Made by a program: the position numbers and the translations under genes. Below the pieces are notes generated by a model. The model was not told the DNA's origin and made no database searches. It worked only from the letters and a program-made list of their open reading frames with translations. DNA of 64,000 nucleotides from Chthoniobacteraceae bacterium (lineage in GTDB: Bacteria; Verrucomicrobiota; Verrucomicrobiia; Chthoniobacterales; Chthoniobacteraceae), in assembly GCA_037190965.1 (NCBI GenBank), contig JBBCKI010000013.1:11998-75997 (forward strand), read 5' to 3'. This document shows positions 38,701 through 49,001 of the stretch, one piece after another. Positions within the stretch are counted from its first letter, which is position 1. Each line of letters opens with the position of its first letter.

Positions 38701-41219
38701 ATGAACTGGTGGTCATCACCGGTTTGAGCGGTTCGGGCAAGAGCACGCTGGCGTTCGATATTCTTTTTGCCGAAGGCCAGCGGCGGTTCCTCGACAGCAT
38801 GTCGCCCTACGCGCGGCAGTTTGTGGAGCAATTGGAGAAGCCGGATGTCGATCTTGTCACAGGGCTGCCGCCGAGTGTCGCCATTGAGCAACGGGTAACG
38901 CGGGGAGGAGGCAAATCGACGGTGGCGACGGTGACGGAAGTGTATCACTTTTTGCGACTGCTTTTTGCCAAGCTCGGGACCCAGTTCTGTCCGAAGTGCG
39001 ACCTGCCGGTTGAGAAGCAGAGCTTTGCCGCGTTGCTCAAAAAGGCGGAGGCGGCGGTGCGCAAACAGGGGGGCGTGCGGGTGCTTGCTCCGCTGGTGAA
39101 AGCGCGCAAGGGCTTCCATACGGAGGTCGCCCGCTGGGCGGCGCGCGAGGGATTTGAAGAGTTGTTTGTGGATGGCAAGATCGTCCCTGTCGCCGAGTTC
39201 AAAAAGCTGGAGCGTTTCCGAGAGCATACCATCGACGTGGTGGTGGGCGAGCGGCGTTCTCCCGGTCGCCTGGAGCAGATCCTGCGGCGGGCGCTGGAGA
39301 TCGGGAAGGGGACGGCGCGTCTGCTCGACGGCAAACGGCAACTCACGGTGCTGAGCGCGGAGATGAGCTGCCCGGGCTGCGGCGATTCGTTCGAGGAGCT
39401 TGATCCCCGCTTGTTCTCATTCAATTCCCCGCACGGGTGGTGCGAGGTTTGCCATGGGTTTGGCGAAGTCTGGGAAGGCCCGGCGACCGATGCCGAAACG
39501 GCCCTGGAGGCGGAGCTGAACGAGGAGCGCCAGCATGAATGGCTGGAGGAGGGCGAGGCGCAGCCGTGCGAAGCGTGCGCCGGAGCGCGGATCAACACCA
39601 TCGCGCGGCACGTGCGGTTGCAGAAGAACAGCATCGCCGATCTGGTGCGTCTGCCGGTGTGCGACGCGTTGAGAGCGATCGAGAAGTTCCGCTTCAACGG
39701 GATGCAGAAGACGATCGCCGCCGACATTCTCCCCGAGATCCGGCAGCGGTTGGAATTCATGGGGCGCGTGGGGCTTGACTATCTATCGCTGGATCGTTCC
39801 GCCAAGACATTGAGCGGCGGTGAATCGCAGCGCATCCGACTTGCGGCGCAGCTGGGTTCCAACCTGCGCGGTGTCCTCTATGTGCTCGACGAGCCGACCA
39901 TCGGCCTGCACCCGCGCGATAACGAGTTCCTGTTGGAGACGCTGGAAGCCTTGCGCGCGAAGGGGAATTCACTAGTCATCGTGGAGCACGATGAAGAGAC
40001 GATGCGGCGTGCGGATACCATTATCGACCTTGGCCCCGGCGCTGGGAGCAACGGCGGCTCGGTGGTGGCGATGGGGAAACTTGCCGAGATCAAGCGCAAC
40101 CGGCTTTCCGAAACGGGCCGTTGCCTGCGCGAACCGATGCGGCACCCGAGCCGGGGAAGCCGCCGCCCGCTGGATACGGCGGAGTGGATCGAATTGCGCG
40201 GCGCGCGCGCGAATAATTTGAAGGGGGTCGATGTCCGTTTCCCCGTGGGAAGGCTGAGTGTCATCACCGGCATTTCCGGCTCCGGAAAAAGCACGCTCAT
40301 GCGAGGCGTTTTGAAACCGGCGCTTACCGATCCGAAGAAAAAGGGCGGTACGGTCGGGAACGGATCCTACGATGCGCTCCTCGGCATGGAGCATGTGGAG
40401 ACGGTTTACGAAGTCGATCAAACGCCGATCGGCAAGACCTCGCGTTCGACTCCGGCGACCTACATCAAAGTCTTCGACGAGATCCGCAAGCAGTTCGCGC
40501 AGGTGCCGCTTTCAAGGATGCGAGGTTACACGCCTTCGCGGTTTTCATTCAACGCCGAAGGCGGCCGCTGCGAAACGTGTGCGGGGCAGGGGGTCATCAA
40601 GATCGAGATGAACTTTCTCCCGGCCAGCTACATTCCGTGCGGCGACTGCGGCGGCAAGCGTTACAACGCGGCCACGCTGGAGGCGCTCTACAACGGCGGA
40701 AGCATTGGCGATGTCATGGAGATGACGCTGGAACAGGCGGCGGAGTTCTTCGCCGCCAGCCCGAAGATCGCAAGGCCGCTCCGGCTGCTTTGCGACACGG
40801 GGCTCGGCTATCTGAAGCTCGGCCAGCCCAGCCCCACCTTGAGCGGCGGCGAAGCGCAACGGCTCAAGCTGGTGAGCGAGTTGATCCGTGGTGTCACGCG
40901 GGCAAGCAACGATCGCATCCGGCGGCAGCGCCAACCGAAATCAACCGTCTACCTGCTGGAAGAACCGACCATCGGGCTTCACATGGCCGACGTGGAACGG
41001 CTGCTCGATGTCCTGCATCGTCTGGTGGACGACGGGCAGACGGTGATCGTCATCGAACACAACCTGAGCCTCATCGCCGACGCCGACTATCTCATCGACA
41101 TCGGCCCCGAAGCGGGCCCGGAGGGTGGCGAATTGGTCGCCTTCGGAACGCCCGAAGAGGTGGCGAAGAACAAGGTTAGCCGCACCGCGCCATTCCTGCG
41201 GGAGATGAAGATGGGGTAG
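35724..41219 (+). CDS. uvrA: Excinuclease ABC subunit A, double-length (two fused UvrA units)
   Basis: Four Walker A (GxSGSGKS) motifs, four LSGGE motifs, multiple CxxC fingers; GTG at 35724 preferred as start. Confidence 0.95.
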   Translation: MGKRAEHSIQIRGARQNNLKGIDLDIPIGQLTVVSGPSGSGKSSLAFDTIYAEGQRRYVETFSPYTRQFLERMDKPQVDEILGIPPAIAIEQANSVKTTRSTVGTMTEINDYLKLLFPRVAQAFCPSCNRPIRPETAQSIVAHAFREAAGETVLVTFGVPAPAGTKPADFFAFLQQQGYLRVWVDGVVHRTDELEAAPKRLPAVVRVIQDRVAVEEPNHARLAEAVETALRFGKGQICFVLPGAAPNTPDKVRFFPHSAGWHCAHCDLDITPPSVGLFSFNNPLGACPACRGFGRIIAIDLERAIPDRNLSIADGVVKPFQTENGQECQRDLLKGCARHEIDIHTPYRDLPKADQDFVLYGEDPKANPEELWTNGRWYGVRGFFTWLESKSYKMHVRVLLSRYRNYTICPDCHGGRFQPAALHFRFAGKTLPELSALAVAELHDLFEPQAEDDSTTAMLRGEVRTRLRYLREVGLGYLSLDRPTRTLSGGETERVTLTTCLGASLVNTLFVMDEPSVGLHPRDVGRLINVMRDLRDRGNTLVVVEHEEAVLRAADHFVEIGPGRADEGGNLVFSGPLDRLKGTLTGDYLSGRKAIPIPAKRRKPKGWLRVEGARQNNLRGVDVDFPLGVFGCVTGVSGSGKSTLVHEVLYRNLEALRDNGNPEEAAGACHRLQGAEAVGGVVMVDQSPLSRTPRSSPAVYLGVFDAIREEFAMLPEALAAGLSASSFSFNTGTGRCDRCSGMGFEKIEMQFLSDLFVRCPECNGKRYQDHVLRVKLRGRSIAEVLEMTVTGAIEFFTPKEESPKASVVHLLSALRLLDEVGLGYLRLGQPLNVLSGGESQRLKLVKHLAEQSEGEAALFILDEPTTGLHFDDVAMLLRLFDRLVEQGNTLLVIEHNLEVIKSADYVIDLGPEAGSEGGLVIATGTPEEVARTAAATGSHTGAFLAGALKPAARAKAAGHKEPARKKKMALPAIGVHGAREHNLKNFTLDIPRDELVVITGLSGSGKSTLAFDILFAEGQRRFLDSMSPYARQFVEQLEKPDVDLVTGLPPSVAIEQRVTRGGGKSTVATVTEVYHFLRLLFAKLGTQFCPKCDLPVEKQSFAALLKKAEAAVRKQGGVRVLAPLVKARKGFHTEVARWAAREGFEELFVDGKIVPVAEFKKLERFREHTIDVVVGERRSPGRLEQILRRALEIGKGTARLLDGKRQLTVLSAEMSCPGCGDSFEELDPRLFSFNSPHGWCEVCHGFGEVWEGPATDAETALEAELNEERQHEWLEEGEAQPCEACAGARINTIARHVRLQKNSIADLVRLPVCDALRAIEKFRFNGMQKTIAADILPEIRQRLEFMGRVGLDYLSLDRSAKTLSGGESQRIRLAAQLGSNLRGVLYVLDEPTIGLHPRDNEFLLETLEALRAKGNSLVIVEHDEETMRRADTIIDLGPGAGSNGGSVVAMGKLAEIKRNRLSETGRCLREPMRHPSRGSRRPLDTAEWIELRGARANNLKGVDVRFPVGRLSVITGISGSGKSTLMRGVLKPALTDPKKKGGTVGNGSYDALLGMEHVETVYEVDQTPIGKTSRSTPATYIKVFDEIRKQFAQVPLSRMRGYTPSRFSFNAEGGRCETCAGQGVIKIEMNFLPASYIPCGDCGGKRYNAATLEALYNGGSIGDVMEMTLEQAAEFFAASPKIARPLRLLCDTGLGYLKLGQPSPTLSGGEAQRLKLVSELIRGVTRASNDRIRRQRQPKSTVYLLEEPTIGLHMADVERLLDVLHRLVDDGQTVIVIEHNLSLIADADYLIDIGPEAGPEGGELVAFGTPEEVAKNKVSRTAPFLREMKMG

Positions 41220-41237
41220 CCTTCGGAGAACCGGCCA

Positions 41238-41381
41238 GGTAGACCGCTCTCGCCGAGAGCGCGGGATCGGTGAGGAGTCGCATTTGGCGCCGATCCTCGC
41301 AGGACGGGCTATTGTTGTTGGGATGCGGCCTTCATGAAGCCAAGGAGTCGAACCCGCGCTCGACGGCGCGAGCGTGCTACC
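41238..41381. repeat. GTAG-family REPIN copy 5
   Basis: Same arms and internal motifs as copy 3. Confidence 0.9.
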
Positions 41382-41395
41382 GGCGCTGCCGCGCC

Positions 41396-42751
41396 TTATT
41401 CCTTCGCTCCGTGTTCCTTCAAAAACTCGGCGGTCTTGGTTTTGCCGTCGCGCAGGGCGATCCCGAGAGCGGTAAGGCCTTCCTTGTTGCGGATATTGAG
41501 GTCGGCTCCGTATTGCACCAACTGCTTCAGGGGCGTGGTGGGCTGGTGCCATACCGCCCGCATGAGCGGGGTTTCCCCGGATTTATCGAGGCCGACGTTG
41601 GGATTGACGCCCGCTTTCAGGAGCGTTTCGCGTAGTTCGTTCACGTCGCCGCCATCCCAGATCACGGTCATGTAGATTGGCGTCGTCTTATATTTCGGGC
41701 AGACGTAGTCGATGTCCGCTCCCTGCTCGATCAGGAATTGCGCGGTTTTGATATTGCCCGCCGCGATGGCGGCGATCAGGGGGGAATAGCCGTTTTTGGG
41801 GTCCGGAACGTCCACGGGGACGCCTTCATCGAGGAGCTTCAGGACGAGCTCATGGTCGCCTCGTTTTACGGCGTTGTGCAGATTCCAAACCGGGTCGTCG
41901 CTCAGTTTGATCGGCTCGTCGATCCCGTTTCGCCGGAGGAGATCCATGATCGGTTGGCGACCTGCTTGGAACGCGATCTGAAACGGAGTGCCGAGTTTGG
42001 TCTTTTCCCGTCCGTTGGCGCCGAGCCAGAGCAGCCATTGCGTGCCGTGGTTATTGCCGCGTTCCACGGCCCAGGTCAGCTCGTTGTAGTGGTTCTTCCG
42101 AATGGCAAACGGATAAGCGCCCCGGGCGATCAGGAACCGGCGCATCCCGTCAAAGCTGCCCCCGACCCAGCCCATGGTGCTCATCAACGGGGTCACGCCG
42201 TTCTTGTCCGCGACGTTCGGGTTGGCACCGGCGGCGATGAGATAGAAGAGGACGTCGTCCTGCGCGGCGGCGATGGCGCGGTGCAGCGCGGTTCGCCCCT
42301 GCTCGTCCTGCATGTTGATGTCCGCGCCGCCATCGAGAAACGCTTCCAGCTTTTTCAGATCGCCCACGCGCGCCGCCTCGTGCAGGGAGTTCTTCACGAA
42401 AGTGGGGATGTAGCGGGAGGACGAACGCATCGCGGCTTCATGCTTTGAGACGATTTCCCGCACTTCGTCGCTCCCCATGAGGTCGAGCAGCGTTTTCGGC
42501 TGCACACTCTCGGGGACTCCGGGGATGCTCGTCTCGGCCCCAAGCCACAGAAGGGTTTCCACCTCTTTCTCCTTGTCTGCTTTGATGGCGAGCGCGAGCG
42601 GCGTCATCCCGTCCTTGGCGATGGCGTTGACATTGGCCCTGCAGATCAGCAACAGCCGCTGGAGGAGAGGTTCGCCGCTTTGTACCGCGTAGTGCAGCGG
42701 GGTGTAGCCGAGCGAATCGACGGCATTCACGTCGGCTCCGCGCAGGATCAT
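41396..42751 (-). CDS. Ankyrin repeat protein
   Basis: Multiple GADVN...G-TPLH-A repeats; ATG at 42751 overlaps the stop of the sigma factor ORF. Confidence 0.88.
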   Translation of the reverse strand: MILRGADVNAVDSLGYTPLHYAVQSGEPLLQRLLLICRANVNAIAKDGMTPLALAIKADKEKEVETLLWLGAETSIPGVPESVQPKTLLDLMGSDEVREIVSKHEAAMRSSSRYIPTFVKNSLHEAARVGDLKKLEAFLDGGADINMQDEQGRTALHRAIAAAQDDVLFYLIAAGANPNVADKNGVTPLMSTMGWVGGSFDGMRRFLIARGAYPFAIRKNHYNELTWAVERGNNHGTQWLLWLGANGREKTKLGTPFQIAFQAGRQPIMDLLRRNGIDEPIKLSDDPVWNLHNAVKRGDHELVLKLLDEGVPVDVPDPKNGYSPLIAAIAAGNIKTAQFLIEQGADIDYVCPKYKTTPIYMTVIWDGGDVNELRETLLKAGVNPNVGLDKSGETPLMRAVWHQPTTPLKQLVQYGADLNIRNKEGLTALGIALRDGKTKTAEFLKEHGAKE

Positions 42752-43515
42752 CCGGTGGCAATGGCAGCCGCCGCTATCGGCCACTTCAACTTTGCAAAGA
42801 GGAGATTTCGCAGTGAATCGTTGGCCAGCCTCAAAAGGGAGGTCATCGCCCCGGTGCTAGCTTCCATCCCTTTCGCCGCCGTCAGTGCGCTCCGGGTCGC
42901 GATGGAGGCGAATTCCGGATTGGCTTCAGCCGCCATCCGGGCGGCATCCGTGAGAAGGGTTCCGGTCAGAAGGCCGACGCCGCGCCGGGTGAGCCGGTTG
43001 CGCAGCAGTTCCCTCCCGCGCGTTAGCCGCATCGAGATCGCACTCTGGGTGCATTGATGGCGGCGGGCCAGTTCCCCGATGGAGACGCCTTCCAGATAAT
43101 GTTCGATGACGGTCTCGCGTAGTTTTGCCGGAAGCGCCTCGATGGCCTCGTCGAGTTTGCCGGCGAGGAAAGGGGGGAATCCATCGCCTTGGAGTACGTC
43201 CCGCCGGGCTGACTCGGAATCTCGCATCTGCCGACGTGTGGCGGATCGCCGTACGCTCAACGCAGTCAGCCGCGCCACGCGGTGCAACCAGCCGCCGAGG
43301 CCGCGACTTGCGTTGAGGTTCCGAGCCTTGAGGGCCAGCGCGATAAAGGTGGCTTGCCCGGCGTCTTCGGCATCCGTGGTGTTGCCCAACACTCGCCTGC
43401 AGACGCCGTGGACCATCGGGCTGTGCCGGGATACGAGGGCTCGAAAGGCGGTTTCGGAGTTCCAACTCGCAAATTTTTCCAACAGTGCCGCATCGGTTTC
43501 CAAGGAGGTTTCCAT
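42748..43515 (-). CDS. ECF sigma-70 factor with truncated PVC-type C-terminal extension
   Basis: DAEDAGQATFIAL (region 2), WLHRVA, region 4 HTH (SIGELARRHQCTQSAISMRLTRGRELLR); ends at the start of a TM-like segment. Confidence 0.88.
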   Translation of the reverse strand: METSLETDAALLEKFASWNSETAFRALVSRHSPMVHGVCRRVLGNTTDAEDAGQATFIALALKARNLNASRGLGGWLHRVARLTALSVRRSATRRQMRDSESARRDVLQGDGFPPFLAGKLDEAIEALPAKLRETVIEHYLEGVSIGELARRHQCTQSAISMRLTRGRELLRNRLTRRGVGLLTGTLLTDAARMAAEANPEFASIATRSALTAAKGMEASTGAMTSLLRLANDSLRNLLFAKLKWPIAAAAIATG

Positions 43516-43621
43516 ACACACATTCACCGCCGTGAGTGGGTGCGTTTATCACATTTTTCTTGGGATCTGCCGATGAATTTTTGGTGAGGGGTTTGTCCCG
43601 TTGGCCTTTCGAGTGCGGCAA

Positions 43622-43770
43622 GGTAGTCCGCTCGCGCCGCGAGCGTGGGAGTTGATCTGGAAGGTGCGTTTGACGTCCATCCCCGCAGGACCGGCGCTGA
43701 TGGTGTTGGGATGAGGCCTGAAAGAGAGGAGGGAGCCAAACCCCGCGCTCGGCGGCGCGAGCGGACTACC
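43622..43770. repeat. GTAG-family REPIN copy 6
   Basis: Arms GGTAGTCCGCTCGCGCCGCGAGCG / CGCGCTCGGCGGCGCGAGCGGACTACC; interior close to copy 7. Confidence 0.9.
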
Positions 43771-43817
43771 GGTGCTGCCGCACCCGGGAAGCGCAAGGTT
43801 TTGGCGACTTGCTGCGC

Positions 43818-44048
43818 CTACTCTTCGACCTGGAGCAATGCTCTCTGGCCGTGGCGGGCTGCACCTGCCGAGAGCAGGTTGCGGATGGCAACGATGGTGC
43901 GGCCTTGCTTGCCGATCACCTTGCCGATTTCGCTCTTGGGAACCTTGAGTCGAAAAGTGATTTTGCGCGCGGTTTCAGAGTGCGACAAAATCATCTCATC
44001 GGGGTTTCCGATGAGATTGCCAATGGTATAACGCAGAAACTCTTCCAT
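43818..44048 (-). CDS. khpA: KH domain RNA-binding protein (KhpA/UPF0109)
   Basis: GKVIGKQGRT motif; downstream of rpsP. Confidence 0.9.
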   Translation of the reverse strand: MEEFLRYTIGNLIGNPDEMILSHSETARKITFRLKVPKSEIGKVIGKQGRTIVAIRNLLSAGAARHGQRALLQVEE

Positions 44049-44148
44049 GGGATTAACCACGGTCTACCGCTGCGGGTGGCCCGGCATGATTGCCGAAACC
44101 GGTCGTAATTGGTCGGAATGAGCCGGTTTTTAACCGGCTTTCCGAAAT

Positions 44149-44406
44149 TTAGGCTGCGGAGACCGCCTTTTTACGGGCGTTCTTGATGATGCTGCGGACG
44201 GTGTCCGAAGGCTGTGCGCCGGAAGCGATCCAGTAGTCAACGCGGGAGAGGTCGATCGAGGCGTTGTTCTCGGCCTTCTTCGGGTCGTAGTTGCCGATGT
44301 GCTCGATGAACTTGCCGTCACGGGGGCCGCGGGAGTCGGCCACGACGATGCGATAATACGGTGCGTTGATAGCGCCTTCACGGCGGAGTCGGATGGATAC
44401 TGACAT
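44149..44406 (-). CDS. rpsP: 30S ribosomal protein S16
   Basis: IRLRREG...YRIVVADSRGPRDGKFIE...GAQPSDTV. Confidence 0.98.
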   Translation of the reverse strand: MSVSIRLRREGAINAPYYRIVVADSRGPRDGKFIEHIGNYDPKKAENNASIDLSRVDYWIASGAQPSDTVRSIIKNARKKAVSAA

Positions 44407-44491
44407 AAATGGTCGTTAAAAAAGGGCCTTTATAAGGGGTCTTGTAAATTGGTCGAACTAAATTTTGGGCGAAAATGAGGTTTGGAGGCGG

Positions 44492-45835
44492 TTATTTCCC
44501 CCGCATCCCCGGGATGCGTGGCATGCCGCCGCCGGAGCGGGCCATCATTTTCTTCAACTTGCCCATGTTCTTCATCATCTTTTGCATCTGACTGAAGCGC
44601 ATGAGCAGGTCGTTTACTTCCGTCACCGAGGTGCCGCTGCCACGGGCGATGCGCTGCCGGCGTCGGGCATTGAGGATGTCCGGCTTGCGGCGTTCGTCCA
44701 TTGTCATTGAAAGGACAATGGCTTCGACCCGTTTCATTTGCTTCTCGTCGACGGAGAAGCCTTTCATGTTACCCATTCCGGGCAACATGCCAAGGATATT
44801 TTCCAGGGGCCCGAGTTTCCGGATCATGCGGAATTGATCGAGGAAGTCGTTCAGGTCGAAGGTGGCGGTGCGGAGTTTTTCCTCCATCCGCTTTGCCTCG
44901 GCTTCGTCGATCGCCTCGGCGGCCTTTTCGACGAGACCCACGATGTCGCCCATCCCGAGGATGCGCCCGGCAAGGCGATCCGGGTGGAACGGCTCAAACT
45001 GGTCGATCTTTTCGCCGACGCCCGCGAATTTGATCGGGCGTTGGGTGACCTCCCGCATGGAGAGGGCCGCACCGCCGCGTGCGTCGCCGTCGAGCTTGGT
45101 GAGAACGAGGCCGGTGACGCCAAGCGCTTCGTGGAAATGCGTGGCGACGCTCACCGCCTGCTGACCGGTGGCGGAGTCGGCGACGAGCAGGACTTCCCCT
45201 GGGTTCAGGCGTTCCTTCACGTTCTTGAGTTCCTGCACCAGCGCTTCGTCAATTTCCTGACGGCCTGCGGTGTCGTAAATCTCGACGTTTCCGTTCTGGG
45301 TCGCGGCCCATGCCAGGGCATGTTCCGTCGCGCGGAGGACATCGGTTTCCCCGGGGGCCGGGCGGAAGACGGGGACGCCGATCTGTTTGCCGAGCGTCTC
45401 CAATTGGTCGATGGCGGCCGGGCGGTGAAGGTCGAGCGCGAAGAGGAGGGGAGAGCGCCCCTGATTTTTGAGCCACCGGGCAAGCTTGGCCGAGGAGGTC
45501 GTCTTGCCTGCGCCGTTCAAGCCGACCATCAGGATCCGGGCCGGTTTGTCGAGCAACAACGGGGCGGAATCCCCACCGAGAAGCGCGGTCAGTTCGTCAT
45601 GGAAGATTTTGACGATCTGCTGCCCCGGGGTGACGCTGCGGAGCACCTCTTCGCCCAGCGCCTTTTCCTTGACGCGGGCGATGAAATCTTTCGCCACCTG
45701 ATAGTGGACATCGGCCTCCAGCAGCGCGAGACGGATCTCCCGCAGGGCGTCGGTGACGTTGGTTTCCGAAATCTTCCCCTGGCCCCGCAGGTCCTTGAAG
45801 ACATCCTGAAGTTTATCGGCGAGTTGACTAAACAT
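44492..45835 (-). CDS. ffh: Signal recognition particle protein
   Basis: ALLEADV, GAGKTT, DTAGR, TKLDGDARGG and M-domain RRQRIARGSG motifs. Confidence 0.97.
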   Translation of the reverse strand: MFSQLADKLQDVFKDLRGQGKISETNVTDALREIRLALLEADVHYQVAKDFIARVKEKALGEEVLRSVTPGQQIVKIFHDELTALLGGDSAPLLLDKPARILMVGLNGAGKTTSSAKLARWLKNQGRSPLLFALDLHRPAAIDQLETLGKQIGVPVFRPAPGETDVLRATEHALAWAATQNGNVEIYDTAGRQEIDEALVQELKNVKERLNPGEVLLVADSATGQQAVSVATHFHEALGVTGLVLTKLDGDARGGAALSMREVTQRPIKFAGVGEKIDQFEPFHPDRLAGRILGMGDIVGLVEKAAEAIDEAEAKRMEEKLRTATFDLNDFLDQFRMIRKLGPLENILGMLPGMGNMKGFSVDEKQMKRVEAIVLSMTMDERRKPDILNARRRQRIARGSGTSVTEVNDLLMRFSQMQKMMKNMGKLKKMMARSGGGMPRIPGMRGK

Positions 45836-45856
45836 GGTGGATTCCTTGCAAGCGAC

Positions 45857-47122
45857 TTATCGCGCCCCGGCGGCGGACGGGTCGAACTGGAAGCTCCAGC
45901 GGGTTTCGGCCTTTCTGCCACCGACTTTGGCGCTGATGATGACGGTGTAGTTCCGATCCCTCAGCGGCTGGTTGGCGAGCTGGAAGGAGACCATCTTGGT
46001 GGCAGGGTCGTACACGGCAGGCACCAGGCCGAAGCCGCTGATCCGCATTTCGACGCTATCGGGCTCGATGGCTCCCATCGTGGCGAGGTTCGCCTTGATG
46101 AGCGGTTTGGGGTCGGAAATCGTTTCGCCTTCCATCGGCTGCGTGGCCATGGAGGCGGCTGCCATTTGGGCGACGGCGGGCGCGACCGAGACAGGGCCGC
46201 TGCCGATGGCGTGGAGGGCGGCCTGGAAAATATGCGGCTCCTTGGAGCCGATGGCGTAGCGGCCGATCTGCGTGGCAGAGGGGCTGCTGAACCCGTTCCG
46301 CTGGCCGTAGACGGTGAAGGCGGCTTCGTAACCGGTCTTCAGGGCCATGTCCTGGGCTTCCTGGTTAAAAAGTCCGTAGGGGTAGGCGAGCGAGTTGACG
46401 CGAATGGCGAGTTGACGCTCAAGCACGTTTTTGGATTCTCCGATTTCCTTTTGCAGCCACGCTTCATAGCCGATGCGCTTGATCTCTTCGACGTTCTTTT
46501 TGTTCACGTTGCCCTTCCCGCGAAGGCTCTGGTGCGAGTAGGTGTGCGACTGGATGTCGACGCCTGCGTCGCGCATCTGGGCAAGTTGATCCCAGCTGAC
46601 CGATTTTCCGCCGACCCCGATGTATTCGATGTAAACGAACATCGTGAAGGGGTACTCAAATTTCTTGAGGATCGGCCAGGCGACGTCGTAGGCGGAGACG
46701 TAGCCGTCGTCGATGGTAATGACGGCGCTCTTGGCGGGAATATCTTTTTCCCCACGGCGCCAGGCCAGGAAGTCCTGCATCGGGATCACCGAGATCCCAT
46801 GGTCCTTGAGCGCCTGCAACTGCTGTTCGAATTCCTGCGGCGTGATGGCGAGGTTGTCGGGTTTGTTTTCAAACCGGTGATAACAGAGGACGATCACCCC
46901 TGCGTTCTGGTTGATCACGGGCGCGGCGGGTGCCGGTTCCGGCGTCGGCTCGGGCGCCAGGGCTTGTGGGGCCGCGGCGGCTTCCACCGCCGGCGTCGGG
47001 GCTGGAGCGGTCTGCGCCTCGACAGTCTTCGACTTGAAGGGCGAAAGGCTCTTAATCTTATCGCAACCGGAGAATGTAACCGCAGTGGCGGCCAGACAGG
47101 TCAGTAGAAGGCGGGTTTTCAT
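45857..47122 (-). CDS. Lipoprotein polysaccharide deacetylase (CE4/NodB-like)
   Basis: Lipobox FSGC; LCYHR, ITIDDG, SHTYSH and AYPYG motifs. Confidence 0.9.
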   Translation of the reverse strand: MKTRLLLTCLAATAVTFSGCDKIKSLSPFKSKTVEAQTAPAPTPAVEAAAAPQALAPEPTPEPAPAAPVINQNAGVIVLCYHRFENKPDNLAITPQEFEQQLQALKDHGISVIPMQDFLAWRRGEKDIPAKSAVITIDDGYVSAYDVAWPILKKFEYPFTMFVYIEYIGVGGKSVSWDQLAQMRDAGVDIQSHTYSHQSLRGKGNVNKKNVEEIKRIGYEAWLQKEIGESKNVLERQLAIRVNSLAYPYGLFNQEAQDMALKTGYEAAFTVYGQRNGFSSPSATQIGRYAIGSKEPHIFQAALHAIGSGPVSVAPAVAQMAAASMATQPMEGETISDPKPLIKANLATMGAIEPDSVEMRISGFGLVPAVYDPATKMVSFQLANQPLRDRNYTVIISAKVGGRKAETRWSFQFDPSAAGAR

Positions 47123-47215
47123 TGAAGATGAGGCGGAAGGATAAACCGGAAAGTGGAAACCGGAAACCGGAAAGATGGGGCTTTCCGGTTTCCTATTGAA
47201 TGGCGATATGGTCTC

Positions 47216-48508
47216 TTACAGTCCCAGCTTGCGGAAGGTCTCGTCGATGTGGCGGAAGTGGATGTCGAGCGAGCAGAACTCCTCGATCTCCGCAGGGGAG
47301 ATCAGGGCCATGATTTCGGCCTCGTCGAGGAGGTTTTCCTTCAGCGAGCGGTCGCCCTGCCACGTTTTCATGGCGGCGCGCTGCACGGCCTCGTAGGCGG
47401 TTTTGCGTTCGATGCCGCGCTCGGTGAGCTTCAGGAGGATCGACTGGGAGTAGTAAAGCCCCTTGGTGATCTCCATGTTCCGCTTCATGTTCTCCGGGTA
47501 GACGATCAGGCGATCGACCAGCTTGGTGGTGAGCTGGAGCATGTAATCGAGGAGGATCGTCGAATCGGGCATGATGATCCGCTCCACGCTGGAGTGCGAA
47601 ATATCGCGCTCGTGCCACAGGGCGACATTCTCCAGGGCAGCCATCGCGTTGCCGCGCAGGATGCGGGCCAGGCCGCTCAGCTTCTCGCCGGTAATCGGGT
47701 TGCGCTTGTGCGGCATCGCGGAGCTGCCCTTCTGGCCGGGGGAGAAATACTCTTCCACTTCCAGCACCTCGGTGCGTTGGAGATGGCGGAACTCCGTGGC
47801 CCAGCGGTCGATGCTCGCGCCGATGATCGCGAGGGTCTGCTGGAACTCCGCATGGCGGTCGCGCTGGACGACCTGCGTGCTCAGGGCGGCGGGGATCAGG
47901 CCGAGCTTTTTGCAAACGGCCTCCTCCACGCGGGGATCGAGGTGCGCGTGCGTGCCGACGGCCCCGGAAAGCTTGCCCACGCGGATGCGCTCGCGGGTCT
48001 GCTTGAGCCGTTCGATGGCGCGGCCAAACTCGTCATACATCAGCGCCATCTTGAGGCCGAAGGTGATCGGCTCCGCGTGAATGCCGTGGGAGCGCCCGAT
48101 CATCGGGGTGTTCTTGAACTCGTGCGCCTTCTTGGCGATGGCGACGCGCAGGGCTTCGAGATCTTCGAGCAGCAGGCCGCAGGCCTCGTTCATCTGGACG
48201 GCGAGGGTCGTGTCGAGCACGTCCGAGGAGGTCATCCCCTGGTGGATCCAGCGCGCGGCTGGCCCGACGTAACTGGCGACGTTCTCCAGAAACGCGATGA
48301 CGTCGTGGTTGGTGCGGCGCTCGATTTCCTGGATCTCGGGCAGCGAAAAGCGCCCTTTTTCGCGGATGGTTTCGGCGTCGGCCTTGGGGATTACGCCGAT
48401 CTCGGCTTGCGCCTCGCAGGCGAGGGTTTCAATCTCCAGCCAGATTTCGTACTTGTGCTGCTCTTCCCAGAGCGCAGCCATTTTAGGAAAAGAATAACGG
48501 TCGATCAC
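47216..48508 (-). CDS. purB: Adenylosuccinate lyase
   Basis: [16 protein letters not shown] and [11 protein letters not shown] motifs. Confidence 0.97.
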   Translation of the reverse strand: MIDRYSFPKMAALWEEQHKYEIWLEIETLACEAQAEIGVIPKADAETIREKGRFSLPEIQEIERRTNHDVIAFLENVASYVGPAARWIHQGMTSSDVLDTTLAVQMNEACGLLLEDLEALRVAIAKKAHEFKNTPMIGRSHGIHAEPITFGLKMALMYDEFGRAIERLKQTRERIRVGKLSGAVGTHAHLDPRVEEAVCKKLGLIPAALSTQVVQRDRHAEFQQTLAIIGASIDRWATEFRHLQRTEVLEVEEYFSPGQKGSSAMPHKRNPITGEKLSGLARILRGNAMAALENVALWHERDISHSSVERIIMPDSTILLDYMLQLTTKLVDRLIVYPENMKRNMEITKGLYYSQSILLKLTERGIERKTAYEAVQRAAMKTWQGDRSLKENLLDEAEIMALISPAEIEEFCSLDIHFRHIDETFRKLGL

Positions 48509-48597
48509 CCGGGGAGGATAGGAAGCCCGCCGCCTCTGAAAAGCTTTTTTGATGAGCGGCTGATGGAAAATTAAGTTTCCGATTTGGAGGATTTCAA

Positions 48598-48745
48598 GGT
48601 AGCCCGTTCTCGCCGAGAGCGCGGGAGTTGATCTGGAAGGCGCGTTTGACCTCCATCCTCTCAGGACCGGCGCTGAGGGTGTTGGGATGCGGCCTTCATG
48701 AGGCGCGGGGCCAAACCCCGCGCTCGACGGCGCGAGCGCGCTACC
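48598..48745. repeat. GTAG-family REPIN copy 7
   Basis: Same arms; GGTGCTGCCGCAC 3' flank shared with copies 3 and 6. Confidence 0.9.
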
Positions 48746-48866
48746 GGTGCTGCCGCACCATTTTTTCTTTTCGTCCCTTGGCGGGCTTTGTGGCCTTGGC
48801 GCGAGCTGTTGGGCGCAGGATGTCTGCCGGGGCGGAAATTCGCTCTTGCCGGGAGGGTGGCGAAAA

Positions 48867-48904
48867 TCGCAATTAAAAGAAGGCGATTTGCAATTCGAAG
48901 AAAG
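48867..48904 (+). promoter_or_regulatory. Putative AraC-family tandem binding site A (upstream of the regulator)
   Basis: TCGCAATTAAAAGAAGGCGAT-TTGCAATTCGAAGAAAG, GCAA at 21-bp spacing; TGnTA 17 nt downstream. Confidence 0.7.
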
Positions 48905-49001
48905 TTAGGCTTGGTTCGGCCTGTTAGAACAACGGCTTCATCCTGATCGTTCCCATTGTCCAACCGACACCAATTCTAGAAAACGCGGGATTGACCTTAC
49001 T

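Noticed and set aside
44738..48574. 789-aa and 473-aa plus-strand ORFs
   Set aside because: Antisense to ffh, the deacetylase gene and purB.
808..48745. Recurring palindromic repeats as a CRISPR array
   Set aside because: The copies are dispersed inverted pairs, not regularly spaced direct repeats with spacers, and there are no cas genes.
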